Of a stretch of 64,000 bases of DNA, positions 35,740 through 44,707 are shown piece after piece. Each line of letters begins with the position of its first letter. Within the stretch, counting starts at the first letter, position 1. Position numbers and translations under genes: made by a program. This DNA is from a bacterium (GTDB lineage: Bacteria > Sysuimicrobiota > Sysuimicrobiia > Sysuimicrobiales > Humicultoraceae), in the NCBI GenBank assembly GCA_036004665.1, contig DASYRG010000015.1, positions 1,885 to 65,884 of the forward strand, written 5' to 3'. A model generated the notes under the pieces. The model was not told where the DNA came from. It saw only the letters and a list, made by a program, of their open reading frames with translations, and made no database searches.

Positions 35740-37125
35740 GTGAGCCACCTGCGTCTGCGCGCCGGCATCGCCGCCGGCCGTCTCTCCGCGCGCCTCATCC
35801 GCCTCATCGCCGCCGGCGGGGCCACGACGATGCCGGGCCGGGTCGCCGCGGCCGTCGATCCCCAGATCCTCGCCCGTCTGGGCCGGCGGCTGAGCCAGGG
35901 CTCCGTCCTCATCACCGGCACCAACGGCAAGACCACCACCGCCCGCCTCCTTTCCGCCGTTCTGGAGCGCGCGGGCAGAGGCGTCGTGGCGAACCGCGCC
36001 GGGGCAAACCTGCCCTCGGGGATCGTCTCCGCGTTGGTGCGCGCCGGCACGCTCTCGGGGCGCATCGTCGGCGACGTGGGTGTCTTTGAGGTGGACGAGG
36101 CCGCGCTGCCGCTGGTCACCGAGCCGTTGCGCCCGCGCCTGCTGGTCCTGGGCAATCTCTTTCGCGACCAGCTGGATCGCTACGGCGAGATCGATCTGGT
36201 CGCCGACCGCTGGCGCGCGGCGCTGGCGCACCTGGACGGCGGCACGGTGATCTACAACGCGGACGACCCGCTCGTCTCCGACGTGGGACGGACCCATCCG
36301 GCGGGGCGGCCGTTTGGCATCGAGCACCCCGGTCTGTCGAAGGCGACGCTGGAGCACGCCGCGGACGGACGCTACTGCTACCGCTGCGGCGTCCCCTACT
36401 CCTACTCGGCCGTTCACCTGGCGCATCTCGGCACGTACCGCTGTCCCCGCTGCGGCACGGCGCGTCCTTCTCCCGAGGTGGCGGCGGAGAGCGTGCAGTT
36501 GCGCGGGGCGGCCGGCGGAACGTTCACCCTGCGCGCACCGACCGCGTCGGTCCTGATCCAGAGCAGCCTCCCCGGACTCTACAACGTCTACAACGTGCTG
36601 GCGGCAGCGACGGCCGCGCTGGCGCTAGGTGCCTCCCTGGAAGATGTCGCCGCGACGGTGGAGGAATTCAGGCCCGCCTTCGGTCGGGGAGAAGAGATCC
36701 TCATCGAGGGTCACAGGGTCGTGATGCTGCTGGCCAAGAATCCCGCGGGGTTCAACGAAGTCCTGCGCACCGTCACCGCGGCGGGGGAGCCCCTCGTCGG
36801 CGTGATCGCCATCAACGACCACATCGCCGACGGGCGCGACATCTCCTGGCTCTGGGACGTGGACTTCGAGCTGCTCGCCGGGCGCTGCCGCGCCGTGGTG
36901 CTGAGCGGGCTGCGGGCGCCGGAAATGGCGGTGCGCCTCAAATACGCGGGGCTGGACGGGGCTGCCGTGGAGGTCGAACCCGATCTCGAGCGTGCCCTGC
37001 GTATCGGCCTGAGACGCCTCGCCGGCGGGGAGACCCTCTACGTCATGCCCACCTACACGGCGATGTTGGGGCTGCGCGCCGCCCTGGCCCGCCGCGGCCT
37101 CGTGCGCGCCTCCTGGGAGGACTGA
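35740..37125 (+). CDS. murT: Lipid II isoglutaminyl synthase subunit MurT (Mur ligase family)
   Basis: ITGTNGKTTT P-loop, a Cys4 ribbon YCYRCG..YRCPRCG, and a DUF1727-like C-terminus. It lies directly upstream of gatD. Confidence 0.88.
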   Translation: MSHLRLRAGIAAGRLSARLIRLIAAGGATTMPGRVAAAVDPQILARLGRRLSQGSVLITGTNGKTTTARLLSAVLERAGRGVVANRAGANLPSGIVSALVRAGTLSGRIVGDVGVFEVDEAALPLVTEPLRPRLLVLGNLFRDQLDRYGEIDLVADRWRAALAHLDGGTVIYNADDPLVSDVGRTHPAGRPFGIEHPGLSKATLEHAADGRYCYRCGVPYSYSAVHLAHLGTYRCPRCGTARPSPEVAAESVQLRGAAGGTFTLRAPTASVLIQSSLPGLYNVYNVLAAATAALALGASLEDVAATVEEFRPAFGRGEEILIEGHRVVMLLAKNPAGFNEVLRTVTAAGEPLVGVIAINDHIADGRDISWLWDVDFELLAGRCRAVVLSGLRAPEMAVRLKYAGLDGAAVEVEPDLERALRIGLRRLAGGETLYVMPTYTAMLGLRAALARRGLVRASWED

Positions 37126-37129
37126 GGGC

Positions 37130-37924
37130 ATGGCGGGACGCACGACGATGCGGCTGCGCGTCTGTCATCTCTATCCCGACCTGCTCAACCTCTACGGCGA
37201 CCGCGGCAACATCATGACGCTGACCCGTCGCGCCGCCTGGCGCGGTATCGCGGTCGAGGTCACCGAGGTCGGTCTCGGGGAGGCGCTGCGGCCGGAGGCG
37301 CACGATCTGTTCTTCATCGGCGGCGGGGAGGATCGCCAGCAGGTCCTCGCGGCGGCGGATCTGCGCGCGGGGACCGGCGGCGCCCTGCGCGACGCCGTCG
37401 AAGACGGAGCGGTCCTGCTGGCGGTGTGCGGCGGGTATCAGCTGATGGGCCATGCTTATCTGCCGGCGGAGGGCGAGCCTTTGAGGGGGATCGGTCTCCT
37501 CGACCTGGAGACGCGTCACCCCGGCAAAGGGCGGCGCCGGCTGATCGGCAACCTGATCATTCGATGTAGTGGCGAGATAGGTGGGCGATGTGGTGGCGAG
37601 ATAGGTGGGCGATGTGGCGGCGAGACTCTCGTCGGGTTCGAGAACCACGGCGGCCGCACTACCCTTGGCCCATCTGCCCGACCGCTGGGACGGGTCGAGC
37701 GAGGCGGGGGCAACAACGGCGAGGACCGCACAGAGGGGGCGGTCTACCGGCACGCCTATGGTACCTACCTGCACGGGCCGCTGCTGCCCAAGAATCCCTG
37801 GCTGGCGGATCACCTCATCGCCGCGGCGCTGCGCCGGACCCACGGAGAGGTGACACTGGCCCCACTGGACGACCGGCTCGAGCGCGCCGCGCACGAGGCC
37901 GCGCTCAGACGGTTCGGGCGGTGA
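37130..37924 (+). CDS. gatD: Lipid II isoglutaminyl synthase glutaminase subunit GatD (CobQ-type amidotransferase)
   Basis: LYPDLLNLYGDRGN, AVCGGYQL (catalytic Cys) and GFENHGGRT motifs. It contains an in-frame tandem repeat insertion. Confidence 0.88.
   Translation: MAGRTTMRLRVCHLYPDLLNLYGDRGNIMTLTRRAAWRGIAVEVTEVGLGEALRPEAHDLFFIGGGEDRQQVLAAADLRAGTGGALRDAVEDGAVLLAVCGGYQLMGHAYLPAEGEPLRGIGLLDLETRHPGKGRRRLIGNLIIRCSGEIGGRCGGEIGGRCGGETLVGFENHGGRTTLGPSARPLGRVERGGGNNGEDRTEGAVYRHAYGTYLHGPLLPKNPWLADHLIAAALRRTHGEVTLAPLDDRLERAAHEAALRRFGR
37563..37625 (+). repeat. 24-bp in-frame tandem repeat, about 2.6 copies, inside gatD
   Basis: ggcgagataggtgggcgatgtggt occurs at 37571-37594 and is repeated at 37595-37618 with a c at the last base. 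Partial copies flank both. The repeat encodes RCSGEIGG-RCGGEIGG-RCGGE. Confidence 0.85.
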
Positions 37925-37967
37925 TGGCCCGGGGTGTCCCGTTGGATGAGCGCGATGCGGCACGGCT

Positions 37968-37996
37968 GGACCGTCCGGAGCCGTTCAGACTATAAT
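37968..37996 (+). promoter_or_regulatory. Probable tRNA-Glu promoter: perfect TATAAT -10 with a weak TGGACC -35
   Basis: TATAAT at 37991-37996 ends 16 nt before the mature tRNA 5' end. TGGACC lies 17 nt upstream of the -10. Confidence 0.45.
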
Positions 37997-38012
37997 CAAA
38001 TGTCTACCTCGT

Positions 38013-38088
38013 GGCCCCATCGTCTAGGGGACCAGGACGCGGCCCTCTCAAGGCCGAAACGGGGGTTCGAATCCCCCTGGGGCCACCA
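38013..38088 (+). tRNA. tRNA-Glu (anticodon CUC), CCA encoded
   Basis: I folded it by hand. The acceptor stem is GGCCCCA/TGGGGCC. The anticodon stem is CGGCC/GGCCG with loop CT-CTC-AA. The T arm is GGGGG-TTCGAAT-CCCCC. It closely resembles E. coli tRNA-Glu (TCGTCTAG..CCAGGAC..GGTTCGAATCC). Confidence 0.93.
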
Positions 38089-38111
38089 GACGGTACTCCT
38101 CGACGAGCACA

Positions 38112-38714
38112 ATGGCAGCGTCCTTGCGACGTCCCGGCCCATCCCGGCGGCGCACACTCAAGCGGTGCGCCTGGGCAGAGGGGAGCGCCCTGATGCGGGC
38201 CTACCACGACCGGGAATGGGGGACCCCAGTCCATCGGGACCGGACCCTGTTCGAATTCCTGGTCCTGGAGGGTGCGCAGGCCGGCCTCTCCTGGGAGACG
38301 GTGCTGCGAAAGCGGGCCCGGTACCGGCAGATCTTTCACCGCTTTGATCCCTCCAGGGTGGCGCGCTACGGCTCGCGGGACATCCGGCGTCTGTTGGCCG
38401 ATCCGGGTATCGTCCGCAACCGGGCCAAGATCCGCGCAGCGATCCGCAACGCCCAGGCGGTGCTGGCGATCCAAAAGGAGTTCGGGTCCTTCAGCCGCTA
38501 CCTCTGGGGGTTCGTGGATGGACACCCAATCCGGCGCCGCTCCCGCTCCCTGGCGGATCTCCCGGTGACGACGCCGGAGGCCGAAGCGCTCAGCCGCGAT
38601 CTGCGCCGGCGGGGGTTTGCCTTCGTCGGCCCGACCATCTGTTACGCGTTCATGCAGGCGGTGGGGATGGTGAACGACCACACAACCTCGTGCTTCCGCT
38701 ACCGACAGGTCTGA
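38112..38714 (+). CDS. tag: DNA-3-methyladenine glycosylase I
   Basis: RCAW...YHDREWGTPVHRDRTLFEFLVLEGAQAGLSWETVLRKR is the Tag signature. Confidence 0.9.
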   Translation: MAASLRRPGPSRRRTLKRCAWAEGSALMRAYHDREWGTPVHRDRTLFEFLVLEGAQAGLSWETVLRKRARYRQIFHRFDPSRVARYGSRDIRRLLADPGIVRNRAKIRAAIRNAQAVLAIQKEFGSFSRYLWGFVDGHPIRRRSRSLADLPVTTPEAEALSRDLRRRGFAFVGPTICYAFMQAVGMVNDHTTSCFRYRQV

Positions 38715-38718
38715 CCCC

Positions 38719-39606
38719 ATGCTGACGGACACCCGCCTCGCCTTTATCGGCGCCGGCGTCATGGGCGAGGCGATGATCCGCGGCCTGCTCGCGCACGAAC
38801 TCGTCGCGCCGGAGGCGATCACGGCGAGCCACCCGCGCCGCGAGCGCCTGGAGGAACTCGCCGCGCAGTTTAGGATCGGCACCACGACGGATAACTGTAA
38901 GGCGGTCGAGGGCGCCGGCATCGTGATCCTCTCGGTGAAACCACAGGTCCTCCCCGCCCTCCTGGGCGAACTGCGCGGACGGATTCCCAAACGGGCGTTC
39001 GTCCTCTCCATCGTGGCGGGCGCGCGCATCGCCACCATCGTGAAAGGGTTGGAGCACCGCGCCGTGGTGCGCTGCATGCCCAACACGCCCGCGCAGGTGG
39101 GCGAAGGGATGACGGTCTGGACGGCCACGCCCGCGGTGGGGTCCAGTCAGCGCGCCCAGGCCCAGGCGGTGCTGGGCGCCCTGGGGAAAGACCTGCACGT
39201 CGATGATGAGGAGTTCCTGGACATGGCCACCGCGGTCAGCGGCACCGGACCCACCTATGTCTTCCTGTTGATGGAGGCGCTCATCGACGCCGCTGTGCAC
39301 CTGGGCTTCTCCCGCGCCGACGCCCGAACGCTCGTCGTGCAGACTCTGCGTGGGTCGGCGCTCTTCGCCGAGCAGTCGCGGGCGCACCCGGCCGAATTGC
39401 GCAATATGGTGACCTCGCCGGGCGGGACCAGCGCGGCCGCCATCTACCAGCTGGAGAAGGGCGCCCTGCGCACCATCTTTAGCAAGGCGGTCTGGGCAGC
39501 CTACCAGCGCTCGGTCGCGCTGGGACAGCGCCAGCCCGGACCCTCCGCGCCGAATGCCGACGAGGCCGCGGCGCCGGACGACGCCGAAGAGACGCCGCCG
39601 GAATGA
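38719..39606 (+). CDS. proC: Pyrroline-5-carboxylate reductase
   Basis: FIGAGVMGEAMIRGL NAD(P) fold, RCMPNTPAQVGEGMT, and MVTSPGGTSAAAIYQLE. Confidence 0.9.
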   Translation: MLTDTRLAFIGAGVMGEAMIRGLLAHELVAPEAITASHPRRERLEELAAQFRIGTTTDNCKAVEGAGIVILSVKPQVLPALLGELRGRIPKRAFVLSIVAGARIATIVKGLEHRAVVRCMPNTPAQVGEGMTVWTATPAVGSSQRAQAQAVLGALGKDLHVDDEEFLDMATAVSGTGPTYVFLLMEALIDAAVHLGFSRADARTLVVQTLRGSALFAEQSRAHPAELRNMVTSPGGTSAAAIYQLEKGALRTIFSKAVWAAYQRSVALGQRQPGPSAPNADEAAAPDDAEETPPE

Positions 39607-39701
39607 GCCGGTGTCGTCGCGCGAGGCGAGCGGTCCTTCGTGCATGCGGGAGGAGATTGCTGCGGAAGCGGGCAACAACATAGCGGCACTCGGGAGAGCG
39701 G

Positions 39702-40586
39702 ATGGCGTCAGAGCACTCGACAACCGGCGAACCGACCCACTCGGATCGCTCCGCAGTCGCATTCGCCCTGGTTATGGCAGTGCTGGTCGTGGGGGCGGTC
39801 GTGGGCACGCTGGTGGCGCGCGGCCGCTGGTGGATTCCGCCGCTGGCCTCCGTCCAGGGCCGCGACGTTGACCGGCTGCTCTTCGTCACCTTCGGGATCA
39901 TCAGCGCCGCCTTCATTCTGGTGCAGGGTCTCCTGGCGCTGCTGGTTTGGCTGTACCGCGACCGGGGGCAGCGCGCCAGCCACTGGCACGAGCACCGCGG
40001 CCTGGAGCTGACCTACACGATCGTGCCCGCGGTCGTGATGGCCGGCCTGACGATCACCGCCGCGGGGTTGTGGTCGCGCATCCATAGCACGCCGCCGGCC
40101 GGCGCCTTGGTGGTCGAGGTCCGCGCGGAGCAGTTCGGATGGCGGGCGCGCTATCCCGGGCCGGACGGTCGGTTCGGAAAGTCCGATCGCGCCGCGTTTA
40201 CCCGCGAGCGCGTCGATCCGGCCACGATGACGCAGCGTATTCAGCAGAACCCGTTCGCCGTGGATCCAAACGATCCAGCGGGGCGCGACGACATCGTCAC
40301 CCAGGACCTCCGCGCCGCGCCGATGCACCTGGTCGTCAATCGCCCGGTGGAGGTGCGGCTCTGGAGCAAGGACGTGGTGCACTCCTTCTTCGTTCCGCGG
40401 TTCCGCATGAAGCAGGATGTCGTCCCCGGCATTACCGTGAGTATGTGGTTCACGCCCACGGCAACCGGCACGTACGAGATCGCCTGCGCCGAACTCTGCG
40501 GGCTGCTGCACTACAGCATGCTCGGGAAGATCGTCGTGGAGACGCAGGAGCAGTTCGACGCCTGGCTGGCGGGCCAGAACCCGTGA
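39702..40586 (+). CDS. Haem-copper (aa3-type) cytochrome c oxidase subunit II, with no fused cytochrome c domain
   Basis: Two N-terminal TM helices precede a cupredoxin domain. The CuA ligands are DVVHSFFVP ... CAELCGLLHYSM. Confidence 0.88.
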   Translation: MASEHSTTGEPTHSDRSAVAFALVMAVLVVGAVVGTLVARGRWWIPPLASVQGRDVDRLLFVTFGIISAAFILVQGLLALLVWLYRDRGQRASHWHEHRGLELTYTIVPAVVMAGLTITAAGLWSRIHSTPPAGALVVEVRAEQFGWRARYPGPDGRFGKSDRAAFTRERVDPATMTQRIQQNPFAVDPNDPAGRDDIVTQDLRAAPMHLVVNRPVEVRLWSKDVVHSFFVPRFRMKQDVVPGITVSMWFTPTATGTYEIACAELCGLLHYSMLGKIVVETQEQFDAWLAGQNP

Positions 40587-40608
40587 GAGGATAGAGGAGC
40601 GAAGCCTG

Positions 40609-42456
40609 ATGGATGCGGCGACGGCGCACGCCGAGGCCCATACCGAGCACGAACTGAGCTTCTGGCGGAAGTACATCTTCTCCACCGACCATAAGATCAT
40701 CGGGATCCAGTACGCGCTCACCTCGATGTTCATGGCCGTGCTGGGGGGCTTCCTGGCGATGTTCGTGCGCCTCCAGCTGGGCTGGCCCGGGCGCCAGTGG
40801 CCGATCCTGGGCAGCCTCTTTCCCGGCGGTATGCCCGGGGGAGAGATGACCCAGGCGTTCTATCTCTCGTCGGTGACGATGCACGGCACGATCATGATCT
40901 TCTTCGTCCTCACCACGTTGCTCACCGGCGGTTTTGGCAACTTCCTCATTCCTTTGCAGATCGGCGCGCGGGACATGGCCTTTCCGTTCCTCAACGCGCT
41001 CTCCTACTGGCTGTATCCGCCGGCGATCATCGTGCTCCTGGCCTCCTTCTTTGTCTCCGGCGGCGCAGCGGGCGGCGGATGGACCTCCTATGCTCCGCTC
41101 TCGGCCCTGCCGCAGGCGGCACCGGGCTCGGGGATGGGGCAGACGCTCTGGCTGGTCAGCCTGGCCATCCTGATCGTGGCCTTCCTCCTCGGATCGTTGA
41201 ATTACATCACCACCGTGCTGCAGCTGCGCACGCGCGGCATGTCCATGCTGCGGCTGCCGCTGACGATCTGGGCGCTCTTCCTGACCTCCATCCTCTCCCT
41301 ACTGGCCTTTCCCGTGCTGCTGGCGGCGTCGATCATGCTGCTCTTCGACCGCATGGGCGGGACGAGTTTCTTCGTCCCCGCCGGGCTGATCGTGGGCACG
41401 GTGCCCGTCGACCACGCCGGCGGCAACCCGCTGCTCTGGCAGCACCTCTTCTGGTTCCTCGGCCACCCCGAGGTCTACGTGCTGATCCTGCCGCCGATGG
41501 GGATGGTCTCAGACATCCTGGCCAACAACGCGCGCAAGCCCATCTTCGGCTACCGCTTCATGGTGGCCAGCCTTGCCTCGATCACCTTCCTCTCCTTCCT
41601 GGTCTGGGGGCATCACATGTACACCAGCGGGATGCATCCGCTGCTGGGCACGGCCTTCATGACCACGACGCTGATCATCGCGGTGCCCTCGGCGATCAAG
41701 ACCTTCAACTGGCTGGCCACCCTCTGGCGGGCGAAGATCCGTTTCACCAGCGCTATGCTCTTCACGCTGGGCTTCCTCTCGCTCTTCGTTACCGGCGGGC
41801 TCACCGGGATCATGCTGGGCCAGCCGCCGGTGGACATCTACCTGCAGGACACCTTTTTCGTGGTCGCCCACTTCCACTTCGTGATGGGCCTGGCCGCCAT
41901 CTTCGCCTCCTTCGCCGGCACCTACTACTGGTTCCCCAAGATGTTTGGGCGGATGATGTCGGAGCGGTTGGGCAAATGGCACTTCTGGCTCTCCTTCCCC
42001 GCCGCCTATCTGACCTTCTTCCCCATGCATTACGCCGGGCTGATGGGGATGATGCGCCGCATCTACTCGCCGGCGCTCTACGCGCACCTGCAGGGGCTGC
42101 AGCCGATCAACATCGTGGTCTCTATCGGGGCGTTCATTCTCTTTTCAGCGCAGTTCATCTTCCTCTACAACTTCTTCCGCTCAACCCGCCGCGGCCCGAA
42201 GGCGGAGCGAAATCCCTGGGGCGCCACCACGCTGGAATGGCAGGCGCCTTCCCCGCCGCCGCACGGCAACTGGGGGGCGCACCTGCCCGTCGTGCACCGC
42301 TGGGCGTACGAATACAGCACCCCGGGCATGGCCGACGATTTCATTCCCCAGACCCAGCCCAGCGGCGTCCCGGTGGGCGCGGGTACCGGCGACGGCGAAG
42401 GTGCGCACCGAGGCGGCGACGGGACGCACGGCGACGGTCGAGCGCGGAGCGGGTAG
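40609..42456 (+). CDS. ctaD: Cytochrome c oxidase subunit I
   Basis: Canonical subunit I sequence: WFLGHPEVYVLILPPMG, VWGHHMYTSG, FVVAHFHFVM. Confidence 0.95.
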   Translation: MDAATAHAEAHTEHELSFWRKYIFSTDHKIIGIQYALTSMFMAVLGGFLAMFVRLQLGWPGRQWPILGSLFPGGMPGGEMTQAFYLSSVTMHGTIMIFFVLTTLLTGGFGNFLIPLQIGARDMAFPFLNALSYWLYPPAIIVLLASFFVSGGAAGGGWTSYAPLSALPQAAPGSGMGQTLWLVSLAILIVAFLLGSLNYITTVLQLRTRGMSMLRLPLTIWALFLTSILSLLAFPVLLAASIMLLFDRMGGTSFFVPAGLIVGTVPVDHAGGNPLLWQHLFWFLGHPEVYVLILPPMGMVSDILANNARKPIFGYRFMVASLASITFLSFLVWGHHMYTSGMHPLLGTAFMTTTLIIAVPSAIKTFNWLATLWRAKIRFTSAMLFTLGFLSLFVTGGLTGIMLGQPPVDIYLQDTFFVVAHFHFVMGLAAIFASFAGTYYWFPKMFGRMMSERLGKWHFWLSFPAAYLTFFPMHYAGLMGMMRRIYSPALYAHLQGLQPINIVVSIGAFILFSAQFIFLYNFFRSTRRGPKAERNPWGATTLEWQAPSPPPHGNWGAHLPVVHRWAYEYSTPGMADDFIPQTQPSGVPVGAGTGDGEGAHRGGDGTHGDGRARSG

Positions 42457-42469
42457 GAGAGAGGGGGCG

Positions 42470-43174
42470 GTGGCCAGGGTGATCGTGAGCAGACGTCCCG
42501 AGGCGGCGCGCCGGGCGGCCGGGGGGAACGGCCATCTGGCGTCCCCGCCCGGCTTCGGCGACCGCGACGGTCCCGGCTGGGGCGCCGAGCCTTCTCCCGT
42601 CGCCACTGCCCGCGTGGGACTCTGGATCCTGCTGGTGGCGGTGACGATGCTCTTCATCGCTTTCACCGTCTCCTATCTCTCCCGCCGCAGCGCTCCGGAC
42701 TGGACCCCGGTGCCTCTTCCCGGCATCCTCTGGGTGAACACCGCGGTCCTGCTGGCGAGCAGCGGCGTCCTGGAATGGACGCGCCGGACCCACCGGGCGC
42801 ACCAGGGCGACGCGCTGCGCCGCGGTCTGATGCTGGCCGGGGGTCTCGGCCTGCTCTTCTTGATCGGGCAGATCGCGGCGTGGCGCGCGCTGGACGCCGC
42901 CGGCGTCTTCATGAGCAGCAGCCCGCACAGCGCCTTCTTCTACTTGCTCACCGGGGTGCACGGGCTGCACCTGCTGGGTGGGTTGGGGGGATTGGGCTAC
43001 GCGCTCTCCCGGTCATCGCGCCCCGCGCCGGCACGTCAGCCGGTCCCGGCCCCGGAAAGCCAGCCGGCTCCAGCCTCGGGGGGGCAGACGGTTCCCGCAG
43101 CGGAGGGTGCGACGCTCTTCTGGCATTTTCTCTCGGCGCTGTGGGTATACGTGCTGATCCTCATCTCAATCTAG
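42470..43174 (+). CDS. Haem-copper oxidase subunit III family protein (first of two, CoxO-like)
   Basis: GTG at 42470 follows a GGAGAGAGGGGG RBS. TM-rich protein with FFYLLTGVHGLHLLGG. The start is uncertain. Confidence 0.75.
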   Translation: MARVIVSRRPEAARRAAGGNGHLASPPGFGDRDGPGWGAEPSPVATARVGLWILLVAVTMLFIAFTVSYLSRRSAPDWTPVPLPGILWVNTAVLLASSGVLEWTRRTHRAHQGDALRRGLMLAGGLGLLFLIGQIAAWRALDAAGVFMSSSPHSAFFYLLTGVHGLHLLGGLGGLGYALSRSSRPAPARQPVPAPESQPAPASGGQTVPAAEGATLFWHFLSALWVYVLILISI

Positions 43175-43179
43175 GAGCG

Positions 43180-43815
43180 ATGATGGCGGGAGAGCAGGAG
43201 CGGATGACGGTGTCGGCGTGGGGCGGCGGGGAATCGCCCTTCGCCGTCCCCTGGCCGAAACTGATGATGTGGCTCTTCCTGCTCAGCGACGCCCTCACCT
43301 TTGCGGCGCTGCTCTCCGGCTACGCGGCGATGCGGCTGACGGCCGGAGGGTGGCCTCGCCAGGCCGACTTCTTTAACATCAACTTCGTCGTCGGCCCGAT
43401 GACCTTCATCCTCATCTGCAGCAGCGCGACGATGGCGGTGGCCGTGGGCGCGGCGAGGCGCGGGGATCGCGCGCTGGTGGCGCGCTTCCTTGGCCTGACC
43501 ATCCTCGGCGGCCTCATGTTCCTGGGGATGCAGGCGTTCGAATGGACCTCCTTCATCCGCGAGGGCGCGCGGCTCACCGGGTGGGTAGGGAACGCCGACG
43601 GCGGTCCGCTCCCGCCGATGTTCCCCGCGACCTTCTTCGTCATCACTGGGTTCCACGGGGGCCACGTGACCAGCGGGGTCATCTATCTCATCATCAAGGC
43701 CATCCAAGCGACGCGCGGTCGGTTCTCCGCGGAGATGGTCGAAGTGGCCGGCTTGTACTGGCACTTCGTCGATCTGGTGTGGGTGTTCATCTTCACCCTG
43801 CTCTATCTGCTCTGA
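43180..43815 (+). CDS. Haem-copper oxidase subunit III family protein (second, CoxP/CtaE-like)
   Basis: ATG at 43180 follows AGGAG, inside track ORF 42775..43815. Motifs are FFVITGFHGGHVTSGVIYL and LYWHFVDLVWVFIF. Confidence 0.85.
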   Translation: MMAGEQERMTVSAWGGGESPFAVPWPKLMMWLFLLSDALTFAALLSGYAAMRLTAGGWPRQADFFNINFVVGPMTFILICSSATMAVAVGAARRGDRALVARFLGLTILGGLMFLGMQAFEWTSFIREGARLTGWVGNADGGPLPPMFPATFFVITGFHGGHVTSGVIYLIIKAIQATRGRFSAEMVEVAGLYWHFVDLVWVFIFTLLYLL

Positions 43816-43830
43816 GGCGAGGGGGACCGG

Positions 43831-44151
43831 ATGAGGGAGGGAGCGGACGCGGCGCACGGGGGCGGGAGATGGTACCAGACCTATGTGGTGGTCTGGGTCT
43901 GGCTGCTCGCCTTCACCGTCATCGAGGTCGGGGCCGTCGCGCTGCGGCTGGAGCGCGCCCTGTTGGTGACGCTGCTCCTGGCGCTCTCGCTGATGAAGGC
44001 GGCCCTCATCGTCGCCTACTTCATGCACCTGCGCTATGAGCGGCTCAACCTGATCTACCTGGTGCTGACCCCGCTGATCCTGATCCTCGTGCTCTTCGGG
44101 GGCGTCATCCCCGACGCGCTGAACGCCTTCCATCTCCGGCCCCGGCCCTAG
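43831..44151 (+). CDS. Prokaryotic cytochrome c oxidase subunit IV family protein
   Basis: 106 aa with three TM segments. KAALIVAYFMHLRYE is typical of the COX4_pro family, and the gene sits after the subunit III genes. Confidence 0.8.
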   Translation: MREGADAAHGGGRWYQTYVVVWVWLLAFTVIEVGAVALRLERALLVTLLLALSLMKAALIVAYFMHLRYERLNLIYLVLTPLILILVLFGGVIPDALNAFHLRPRP

Positions 44152-44215
44152 GCCGCCACGGCCGCGCCCCTCGCCGCTGTGGGCGACGGCGCTCGCGTCG
44201 GGTCTGGCCTACGCG

Positions 44216-44707
44216 GTGCTCGCCGCCGCGCTCTCGGCGGAACCCCCCATGGCGCTGCCCGCGGTGGTGGCGGCCCTCGTCGCCGCGGCCCCGACGATCA
44301 TCGCCGTGGTCAATACCGCGGCGCTGTTCTGCCTGCTGGCCGGGTGGCGGGCGATCCGCCGCGGCCGGGTGCGGGCCCACCGCGCCCTGATGCTGGCGGC
44401 GGCGGGCTGCATCAGCTTCTTCCTCATCCTCTACGTCACAAGGGTGAGCCTAGGCGGGGTGAAGGCGTTTCCGGGGCCGGCGGCGGTGCGCGTCTACCTC
44501 TATCTGCCCCTGCTGACCGTCCACATCGGGCTGTCCGTCCTGTCGGTGCCCCTGGTGATCCACAACCTCGTGATCGGTCTAACCTATCGACCCGGAGAGG
44601 TTCCTTTCACGGCGCACCCGCGGGTGGGGCGGTGGGCGGTCTTGCTGTGGTCGATCAGCCTGGTCCTGGGGCTGGTGGTCTACCTGCTCCTCAACGTCCT
44701 CTACTGA
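44216..44707 (+). CDS. DUF420 membrane protein (CtaM-like)
   Basis: About four TM segments (AHRALMLAAAGCISFFLILYV, TVHIGLSVLSVPLVI). It is located after the cta/cox genes, as in Bacillus. The start is uncertain. Confidence 0.7.
   Translation: MLAAALSAEPPMALPAVVAALVAAAPTIIAVVNTAALFCLLAGWRAIRRGRVRAHRALMLAAAGCISFFLILYVTRVSLGGVKAFPGPAAVRVYLYLPLLTVHIGLSVLSVPLVIHNLVIGLTYRPGEVPFTAHPRVGRWAVLLWSISLVLGLVVYLLLNVLY

Noticed and set aside
33546-36155. Long minus-strand ORFs 33546..34712 (388 aa) and 34770..36155 (461 aa).
   Set aside because: They lie opposite clearly recognisable plus-strand genes (M48 protease, LysM-NlpC/P60, MurT). Their translations are repetitive, Arg/Gly/Pro-rich and motif-free.
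37925-38112. tRNA-Glu as a possible integration hotspot or genomic island border.
   Set aside because: No integrase, no direct repeat of the tRNA 3' end, and no compositional break was visible on either side. The flanking genes (gatD, tag, proC) are ordinary housekeeping genes.
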